Below are positions 54,124 through 64,000 of a stretch of 64,000 nt of DNA, one piece after another. The translations under genes and the position numbers were made by a program. Below the pieces are notes generated by a model. It saw only the letters and a program-made list of their open reading frames with translations. It was not told the DNA's origin and made no database searches. Each line of letters opens with the position of its first letter. The first letter of the stretch is position 1. The DNA comes from Intoshia linei (taxonomy: Eukaryota > Animalia > Orthonectida): contig LWCA01000034.1 in the NCBI GenBank assembly GCA_001642005.1, positions 8,462 through 72,461 on the forward strand. The letters are read 5' to 3'.

Positions 54124-54239
54124 ATGAGAAATGCAATCAAAATAAAATTTTTAGTGTTTGTTTTTAATATTAGAGTAATTCCATGTGAAAACGACTAATT
54201 TTTATAAAATTGTGGCTATTTACATTATTCAAATCGTAT

Positions 54240-54475
54240 TTAATGCAAAAATTAAATCGTTAATAAAATCCAAAAAATTGAGGTAGATTTAAAAAAATAA
54301 ACAGTATAACTAAATATGGAGAACAATATTATAAAGTCGATACCACGTTTAAAAGCTCAAACGCCAATTTCTGTTAAAATAAAGTTCAGTTTTAGTTTCT
54401 CCATAATATTTTTAAACTGATATTTAAAATTTCAAACGCAACTCGAATAGATAGCGTTAAATGTTTTTGATGGCG
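54240..54475. repeat. Dispersed repeat family C
   Basis: ATGGAGAACAATATTATAAAGTCG..ACCACGTTTAAAAGCT is shared with about 24020-24115 and inverted at about 61275-61495. Confidence 0.75.
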
Positions 54476-56569
54476 AATTAGTTTTTCTATTTTAAAAATG
54501 CACAGTTTTAGTGTTAAGTGCCCTTGATTCTTTGATGGGTGTGACACTTTGATAAATAAGATACATTTATATTGGTGCCTTTTAATTATTTCTTGAACTG
54601 CGCGTCTGGATACAGAAAGCTCTCTAGCAATTTTGGGTATACTTAAGTATACCCTCTATTGAAATATGTGACAACTAATTCGCGCTTCTGAATATTTATT
54701 TGACGCATCTAGTTGAAATTTCACAGAAGAATAATATTAATTACCTATATTGCAAAAAATACGTTTTTGAAAGTAATGAAAGTAAAAATGCTCAAAATAT
54801 TTGAAAGAGTAAATATTGTTATTTATAAATAAATCAGTTTTTATTAAATTTAATGTATCGTAGCAACCAAAACAATTTTTTAAGGAGTGGAATTTCTGTT
54901 ATTAAGTACGTTAGCTAATTAAAAAAATTATAAAATTAAAAATTTTTACAGATTGCGGCGATTTTACTAAGTGCTCAAAACATATGGACGGGTCTGTACT
55001 ACATTGTATACCAGTTTTATACTAATTATTATTAATAAAAAATTAACCAATTAATATTCAAATAAAATATTATCATTAAATATGTGGTATCAATTAAAAT
55101 CAATATAATATTTAAGAATGTATCCATATTAATACCAAAAATAACGCAATATATACAAATAAATATAAAAACCTCATAATTATTAAATTATGCATTTTAA
55201 AGTAGATAATGTCATGAATTGCAAAAATCAACTATTTTTCAAGTGGATATAGGTATTACATGTAGTCGTATTATATTATAAAAATATTAATTAAACTTTT
55301 ATTGTAACAATAATAGTAGTTTCAACTACTCAATGAATAAATACAAAAATAATGTAACATTACAATTTATTTCAAATCGTTTACTACATAATAAACGCAT
55401 AAATAAGATAAATAATTAATAATATTTAAATATTATCAATTACTTACGTTAGTATGTTAAAAAATTTTTAAAAACAAAAATACATGGTAATAATATTTTT
55501 TAAGCCTAAATTTTTAAACATATCGACTTGCTCAACGGAAAAAGTTTTCAAAAATAAGATTTATAACATTCTATGTCACCTTGCCATTACATTTATATTA
55601 TTTTTTGAAATCATTTCTATTGATAACAATTTTACCTCCGCGAAAAAAAATTAAAATAGATCTAATTAATGACAAGAAAATAATAAAAAAATAAAATCTA
55701 GGGCGATCAGAAAATTCATATTAAAATGATTATAATAGCCAATTATAATTATAGTTGAAAATCATTAAAAGTTGATCAATAACGCTAAAAATTTTGACTG
55801 TACGTCTATATTTTTTAAACTTTGTAAAATAATTATGGTTTCAAGGATTGTTTTTTAAATGAGTGTGAATGAATCAATAAATGAATACCTTATATTTTAA
55901 AAACGCTATCACAGCTTCCATAAAATTACCAGTCTTCTCCGACTAGTATCTTTGAAAATCTAACTTACCTCAGTATGAGTAGAAATATTTTTGACATGTA
56001 AATTTATCCTCACAAAGTGTAATTAATAATTATACTTTCGACTATATTATAATATAGTTGCATACTATAAAAGTTAAGTAGAGATAATAAAAATTTTTAA
56101 TTGATATATTTTAAATAATATATTGAAGCTATATGAGGAACACCAATATTTTTCTTTGGATTATTAGAAATTCTCTGTGGACCACGTTGAGAATCACTGA
56201 TGTATAATAGAATTATTAATAGTTAGTGATAATCAATATACAATAGTATATACTTTTACAAATTTACATTGAAAACATTTAATTTATATTTTAATAAGGC
56301 AGAATAAATAATTGATTATATTAAATATTGTCTTACGACTCAACTATGTGTCGATATCAATCAACTCAATATAAATTAATTTTACAAATTTAAAATTATT
56401 TTATGTACATTAAATATATGTACATTTGTATTGTATAATTGTACCTGGAAAAAATTGATATTTATAATTAATATTCTTTAGGTAATACTAACTGTATCAT
56501 AGTCTATATAAGTAGTTTCTAAACTTTTTTGTAATATTTTTTATATATATATTTTTAATATGTAATATA

Positions 56570-58204
56570 CAGTGCCGGTAAAAATTCTTGAACCCCCAAC
56601 AGAATAATATATTTTGTTGGATAGCGCAAAAACTACTAAATCGTTTTTAAAAATTTAAAAACCATTATGTAAACAAATAAATATTCTATTGAAAAATATT
56701 TATCAATTTAAATGATATAATTATTATTTAAATATATCATTGGTCAAAATTTTACTTTTTTTATTGATACTACGGCCGCACAAAATTTACTTCGACTTTG
56801 ATAAAGTTGACTTTGAACCTAAATTTTAGGTCTAATAACATAGTTTTCTTTAAATTTTAATATCAGCAAGTTTAATTAATAATTATCAATTAAAATTAAT
56901 CCTTAATTCACTTTAATTTCACATTTTAAAATCATTATTTAAATAACATTTGTGAAACTGGGGCAAAATTAAGAATGTAACTTTTTGATTCAAATATTTT
57001 AAATAGTCCTTGAATAAAATCTGATTTAAACTTTTCAATTTGAAGTAAAATGATATATTGCATTATGATCAAATGGATTGCCCACGGCCGCACATAAATC
57101 CTCTCATGGTCGTACGTTGTGCACCCTGATATAATGCAACCATCCATAAGTCTTCGACATTGCTTGGTAGTCTGATTTTAATATTTTGTTTTAATATGTG
57201 TCACATATTTTCTAGGTCATTTATATTAGGACTCTGTGGCGGCCAGTTTTCTAAGAGTTAATCTTTCTTAAACGTAAATATTTCATACTTTTTAAAGACT
57301 TATGGCAAAATGCATTATCCTGCTGAAAAAAGAATTTTCTCAAAAAAAACTTGACGTTATGGTAGACAGAATTCTGATGTATTCGTTGGAATATATATTA
57401 CAATTGACCTTGCAAGAATTCGTTTTCCATCATGTCGAATACCACCAATACCATTATGGAGGGATAATATTTTAATGTATTTGTAGAGTATTTGGAATCA
57501 AATCTTTTACTTTTAGGTCTTTTTACGTACAATATTGTGGTGGATATTAGTTGGATTTTGCTTTCGTCGGTAAATATAACCTTGGCCAATCCAAATCACT
57601 CCATGCTAAATGTAATCGACACCACAACAATCTTTTTATAATATTACGCTTCGATAATAATGTTTTTTAGCAGATATTCTTCCGAATAGGTTGTTTTTGC
57701 GAATACGTCTTTTTAATATATTTGTGAATATGGTCACGGATGATTCAAATTAGTCTTTTTTCACATTAGATGTAGTTTTACTAGAAAACTTTTGAGACTC
57801 ATTGCATAAAAGATGTTCATTTCTTATAGATAGTATAAGAAGATGGTCCGACCTTGGCTTATCTTCAACAGATTGTATACTATTGTATTTTTTGATTATT
57901 TCGATAACAGAATGTATTGAAATTTTAAGGTTTCTAGCAATTTTGTGCTTAAAAATCCCTTATTTGTGGAGCTCAATAATTTTTTTTTAATTGTTAATGA
58001 TATGCTAGTCATGATGTCTAATCTTTAAAATGAAATATAATTTGTAATGAATAAAATTACAAAATCAGAATATGTACATTTAAAAAAAACCGTGTGACTT
58101 TCAATTGTATTTATGCTTATTTTAACAAAATTGTTAGGGGTTCAAGAATTTTGACCAATGATATATTTAAATAATAATTATATCATTTAAATTGACCGGC
58201 ACTG
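56570..58204 (-). mobile_element. Degenerate full-length Tc1-like transposon with inserted MITE
   Basis: TA|CAGTGCCGGT...ACCGGCACTG|TA. Minus-strand transposase remnants VIFTDESKI, QQDNA and WPPQSPNINDLENM, with frameshifts. A hAT MITE fragment is inserted at about 56760-57128. Confidence 0.9.
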
Positions 58205-59483
58205 TATTTCATTATAATTTATTTATTATATGATATTTTATAAATAATTAATAATTAATTAATTAAGTGTAATAATTTTTTTTCTTTATATGTAAAAAAA
58301 TTTATTAACAATTCAAATCAATTTGTTTGAAAAATTTTACAGGAATATTTTCTTAAACTTTGTAATTGGTTGGATACTATAGAAAAAAATATATATAATT
58401 TTTATAAATATCTAACAGTAAAGGCTTAATAACTAATGAATACGATCATCAATTATATAATGTTATATATCATCGTAATCAACATTCAATTATCAACAAA
58501 ATGATATCATTTTTTGTGAAGATCTGTTTTTGAGTGTTGACTGGTGTTATATAACATTTATAATATATTTTATAATATATAGTCCGTATACTAATATATC
58601 TGTATTTCTTAATAATTACTCATAATATTATATTCACGATTAGATTCAACATTAAATAATTTTTGGAAGATGTGGAATAGTAGGAATAAGAAATACAATT
58701 ACAAAAAAACAATTTTACCATTGAATAAGGTCAACCCCACGGATGAAAACCTATTCAATAGATTTCTTCGACAATCTACAATTATGTATGTAATACCAGT
58801 GATGATAAAATGTGTATTTTCGTGATAAAATGTACGCTTGACATAATTTTGAATACACAAAATTCTAAATGTTAAAAATTAAATTTTCATTAATAATAAT
58901 GTGAAACACATAATAAGAAAAAAATGATAAAAGTAATCGATTCTATAAGTAAACAAGATTAACTTAGGTATCTTTAAAATATAAAAGGTATGTTCAATGA
59001 ACATTCTTCATTAAATTGAAAAAGTTGCTAGAAAATAATCATCGAATATTATCTCAAAATCAACACACCACATTTTATTTTGTTGTCATCATTTTTATAC
59101 ATGTTATACGTGTACTGCTATTTGTATTAACAGAATTATAGTTGATGGAGAAAGTTGCATTTTATTAACTATAAGTATATCCGCGATAAATTATATATTT
59201 TATTACTGGGTCCCCGTCAAAACATGTGGGAACCCATGGTAATGTATCATGAAAATCTCTACATTCAATTTAGAATTGACAATGATTTTATCGATCCTAC
59301 AATGAATATCATTGAAAATAGTAAAATAAAATTTAAAGATTCTGTAGACTATATTAATTCACCAAAAATATTACATTCAATGGATATTAAAATGAATGTA
59401 ATTATTAATTATGTATATGTTGCAAATATTATTATAAATTATTTTATATTTATTATTTTGTCGTGAATAATATTTTAAATTTA

Positions 59484-60250
59484 CAGACCCGTGCAAAAGT
59501 TTTAAGCACCTAGATAAAAAAATTTCAGTTCAAATGATAACGTTTATTCATGTTATTTTTAGTAGGTAAATAATATACACAATTTTCATTACATTCAAAT
59601 GCTTTGAAATTAAATAATTAAATTAAGCACTTTGTATTTTCAACCATTTATTCTTCATTGACACCTAAATAATTTTGACATAAATTAGTCATAGCTATAA
59701 ATTAATTTTTTTAAAAAAAAATACTCGCAGACAAAAATTCCATGGTAGCTATCAATATCGCGATGTGCGGTTCAGGAAACTATTAAAAAGTATAAGAAAG
59801 ACATTCCTCTCCAAGATAGAAAACAACTTGGCCGTCCACATGTTTTATGTGTTCGACAGTAACAGTTGTTAATACGTTTAAATAATCCTTCCTTGACAGA
59901 AACTGATCTAAAATGACAGCTTCCGAGTGGATTAAATGTCAGTCATACATCTAAGACGGCTGGATGTTTTAGAAGAGTTGCAATGAAGAAAAATCTACTA
60001 AATTCTGCTGAGATTGAAAAGATTACAATTGTACTTAAATCATACCATTCATCAATTGAACCGGAATTTAGTTGTTTTTAGAGACGAAAGTAAAATCAAT
60101 GTATCTTCAAGGGCTTGCAGTATTGTGTTAAAAGTTCAAAAAAACGGCAATGTAGATACCCATCGATAGTACAATCAAGTTTAGCAGCCCTATTATGTTA
60201 TGAGTGCGATTAGAAAAGATGGACACAGAATAATTATAATTGTTAAGTGT
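59484..60250 (+). mobile_element. Degenerate Tc1-like transposon fragment
   Basis: TA|CAGACCCGTGCAAAAGTTTT terminus; remnants AVQETIKKYK...GRP and VVFRDESKIN with stops and frameshifts. Confidence 0.7.
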
Positions 60251-60750
60251 GCAAATTAGGGTTAGCAATTTACCGAATAAAGTTTTAACGGTAAATTACT
60301 TTTATATTTTATTTTTACCGGTAAATTTTTTTTAAACATAAACTCTGGGTTAGTTTATAAAATCATAAACATTATCATAAATGGAAACTTCACAAAAAAT
60401 AATTTTCACGATCAAACCCAACATTACCATTTTTTTTTAAAATGAATACGGCCTAGAATTTAATAAAATTTACAGATGGTACAGTTGTATCTTGTTAATA
60501 AACACAAAAAATTTCAATCCGAATAAGTGACGACTTAACGGTCAAAAAAGCATTTTAGTATTCATATATTTTTTTTTCAAAATATTTTATTCAAACAAAA
60601 AATGTAAAATAATTAACGGTCCGAAAATTAAAAAAAATTCTGATAGAGCTTATTCCAGTTGATATAAATACAAAATTTTAACCCCAGAAATTTACACATT
60701 CCCGGTGAAAAATAATTTTTAATATATTATCATCCAATATTTTTCAAATA

Positions 60751-60938
60751 CAGTGGTTGCCAAAATGATAAAGCCACTCTTAATTCCATCATAATTTAGT
60801 GAATAACATTCGTAATAACTCAAAATGTTACAATGTGATAGTATAATACATTTTTATATTAATTAGCTATTATAATTTTAATTTCCATGATTTAATTAAA
60901 AAATATTATAACTTTTATGATTTTACAATAAAATTTAA
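60751..60938 (+). mobile_element. Left-end fragment of the Tc1/Tc3-like element at 63223
   Basis: Near-identical to 63223-63410; ends at the N at 60939. Confidence 0.8.
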
Positions 60939-62201
60939 NCAAACGAGTTGGAGAATTTAAAAAAATATATACGCTGATACGGATTTTAAAATCATAAACA
61001 TTACCATAAATTTAAATTTAAAAAAATTATATCTTCAGGGTCAAAACCTCAAATTACATTTATTTTTTTAATGAAAACAGCCCTAGAATTTGAAAAAATT
61101 TACTGGTGGTACAGTTGTATCTTGTTAACACACATAAAAAATTTCAATCCGAATAATTTACGACTTCACGGTCAAAAAAGCATTTTAGTATTAATATATT
61201 TTTTTTCCAAAATATTTTATTAAAACCAAAAATGTGAAATAATTAACGGTCCGAAAATTAAAAAAAAGATTATCAAAAACATTTAACGCTATCTATTCGA
61301 GTTGCGTTTGTCATTTTAAACATCACTTTAAAAATATTATGGAGAAATTGAAACTGAACTTTATTTTAACGGAAATTGGCGTTTAGCTTTTAAACGTGGT
61401 ACAGACTTTATAATACTGTTTTTCATGTTTAGTTATACAGTTTATTTTTTTAATTTGTTTCTAACTCAATTTTTTGGATTTTATTAACGATTTAATTTCT
61501 CAAATCTGACTATTTACAGTATTTAAATTTTATTATTATTGGAGAGACGTAGTTTGCCCACCACTGCCCTAGTGTCTAGTGCATAAAAGTTACACAATGT
61601 TTACGAATTTTATTCTAATGCATGATCTCCAAGAGTGAGTGGATTACAAGTTATAAAATGATGAGTGTGAAACTGATGCCTAGATACGTATTATATTTTA
61701 GAAATTGTCTACCAAAGACGATTAGAAATTGACTACCAAATTTAGCTTTAGTAACTATTAGGCAAAACAGTGCATAAAGCGGGCTACTTTATGCACTAGT
61801 AACCATATTTCAGATTATTCCGAATTAACGACGCAATAAAGACAGCATTATTGCTAAAAGGTTTCTAAAGAGTCTTTATTAAAGACTAGTTTATTTTTAT
61901 TCACTACTAACGGTGTTGACTGTAGTTGGAGAATATAGAAATGTTAAAAAATTGCGAATTCTACCACACGCATAGTGTTAAAGTACCTAGAAAGCATACA
62001 TTAGTGCAAAAATGACATGTGGTGTAATAAATACAATGCAATTCCACATAGCTTGTTTTAAATTTTACAACAAATCTCATTTTAAATAACGAATATTACT
62101 CGAAGCGTTAATAAAACATTTAGTAATTCGTGATTTCTAAGAATAAATGTAAATTATAATAAATTAAAAATAACTTTGTAAACAGTATAATTGAATATAA
62201 A

Positions 62202-63064
62202 ATGTTGACTCCGGTTTCCAGAAGTGTGTTTCGAGTGTAATTATCTTTTTAAATATATATAACTGTATTAAACACCGGTTTATCATATTATATATAAAAT
62301 CTATATGAGTATCATTAAATTGTTTATTATCTCGATTTTGTAAATATTTATCATATTTTTATGTAAATTTTAGGTTTATACATAAGGTAGAGGTCGAATT
62401 AAGTGAATTTTGTGTAGATTCGATAGTTCAATAAAATTCATCGATATAATTGACTAAAATGTAGTCACTACATTATAGCTAGCTATCGTGGTTAATGATC
62501 GCTGTGTTATCCATCTTTTAAAAAGATTTTTTTTTATAAACTATGAAGATTTTTGAACCAATTAATTTTAAAGTCAAATGTGCTATTGTAATTTGATGAA
62601 TTGATCAATGCAATTTAGTGCAGTGATTTCCACATATCACTCCACGTATCACTACCGGTCCCTATGAAAAAGTTACTGATGGCCAGATAAAATATGAAGA
62701 CTTTAATTTAATTGAATGAATTAAGAAAGTAAAAAGTTCTTAGAAATTGCATTTTGAGTGGTGAAAGAGTTAATGTAAAATTACGGATAGGGTGAAAAAA
62801 TTGGGACCCCTGATTTAATTAATTTGAAATAAAAGTAAATTTATTTTCTAAAATTAAAATTTTAGAAACTCATGTAGAAAAAATATTTTATGCTTTAATA
62901 AATTTGCTTCATTTTGGTCAAATGTCCCGTTGCAGCCTCCAGATGTAATTTTCGGGTTATCTGAAGCATATAATAAAGATTCTAATCCAAATAAAATTAA
63001 TTTGGGAGTTGGAGCCTATCGTCAAAATGATGGATCAAACTATATTCTTAATTCGGTTACAAAG
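62202..63064 (+). CDS. GOT2: Mitochondrial aspartate aminotransferase, first two exons (gene continues beyond the window)
   Basis: Exon 62202-62236 (MLTPVSRSVFRV) plus exon 62866-63064 (NSCRKNILCFNKFASFWSNVPLQPPDVIFGLSEAYNKDSNPNKINLGVGAYR...): an Arg/Ser-rich presequence followed by the AAT N-terminal motif. Confidence 0.92.
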
Positions 63065-63222
63065 GTAATGTTTGTATTTTTTATCTTTTTATTCGTTGAA
63101 TTAAAGTGGGTAGATTTTTAACGTACTAAATACGTACTAGTTACTTAGAAACCAAAATGAAATTAAATTTAAAATCTCAGTCGAAATTGAATTTAAAATT
63201 AATATTTATTTATACATTTATA

Positions 63223-64000
63223 CAGTGGTTGCCAAAATGATAAAGCCACTTTTAATTCCATGATAATTTAGTGAATAACATTCGTAATAACTCAAAATTT
63301 TACAATGTGATAGTATAATACATTTTTATATTAATTAGCTATTATAATTTTAATTTCCATGATTTAATTAAAAAATATTATAACTTTTATGATTTTACAA
63401 TAAAATTTAAGCGACAAAATGATAAAGCCACTGGCAATTAATAACGTTTATTGCACCATACCATTTTTATTAATTTTCTGTGTCTAATTTATATCGTAAG
63501 AGAATATAATATTTTTTTTTATAAAAAAATTTTAGATTAAAAATATATCAAATGGGTAAAGGTAAAAAATTAAATAACTTTGAAAAAGGGCAAATCCTAG
63601 CTTTATACAATGAAGGTAAGAGTTATATAAAAATTGGTATTATTATTGGCCGATCCAAAGATGTAGTTAGAAATTATTGTATAGATTCCGAAGGATACGG
63701 TAAAAAGAAATCAAGTGGGAGGCCTAAATGTATATCACCACGAGATGAAAGAAGGCTTTTGGGACTTGTTACACGCGAAAAATGTACTGCAACTCAGATA
63801 TTTATTAAAATGAATAATGTTATATCTATTCGCTCCATTCAAAGAACACTCCAACATTTCGATTTATTTTTATTTTCCAGAATTAAAACAATACCTAGAT
63901 TATTAAAAAAATACAAAAAAAGCAGAATGATTTCGCTGAAATTAATATATTAGAATCGACGGATTGGTCCAAAATTATTTGGAGCGATGAAAAGAAGTTC
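63223..64000 (+). mobile_element. Tc1/mariner (Tc3-like) transposon in a GOT2 intron, truncated by the window end
   Basis: TA|CAGTGGTTGCCAAAATGATAAAGCCACT end with an inner direct repeat at about 63415. ORF 63552-63953 has an HTH and SSGRP motif; a frameshift precedes DWSKIIWSDEKKF. Confidence 0.9.

Noticed and set aside
60300-61270. Apparent tandem duplication around a Tc1 end
   Set aside because: An N at 60939 marks a probable scaffold join inside multi-copy repeats, so the arrangement may be an assembly artefact.
1-64000. Alternative genetic code, tRNA/rRNA/snRNA genes or prokaryotic systems
   Set aside because: Conserved genes translate cleanly in the standard code once short introns are removed, and no structured RNA gene was recognisable by eye. 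A tRNAscan or Infernal run would be needed to exclude them.

Overview
Very AT-rich eukaryotic (animal-like) genomic DNA with a compact gene layout. Many GT-AG introns are only about 30-60 nt, while others are kb-sized and filled with MITEs. This architecture resembles a reduced parasitic invertebrate genome such as an orthonectid, but that is inference only. Genes reconstructed by manual splicing: a 5'-incomplete, probably GPI-anchored cysteine-rich surface protein built from one-module-per-exon phase-1 exons (invisible to the ORF track), CLUAP1/IFT38, SMG5, a two-pore (K2P) potassium channel starting 51 nt after the SMG5 stop, two large coiled-coil proteins, a short PRPF38B with a GC-AG intron, RNF32, an unknown multipass membrane protein with a frameshift, and the 5' part of mitochondrial aspartate aminotransferase GOT2. 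Mobile DNA includes many hAT MITEs with 8-bp target-site duplications (some nested), piggyBac-like TTAA MITEs, three degenerate Tc1/mariner elements, a 31-bp minisatellite and a dispersed repeat family carrying a 53-bp tandem unit. The most novel-looking item is the modular cysteine-rich exon array at 850-5818.
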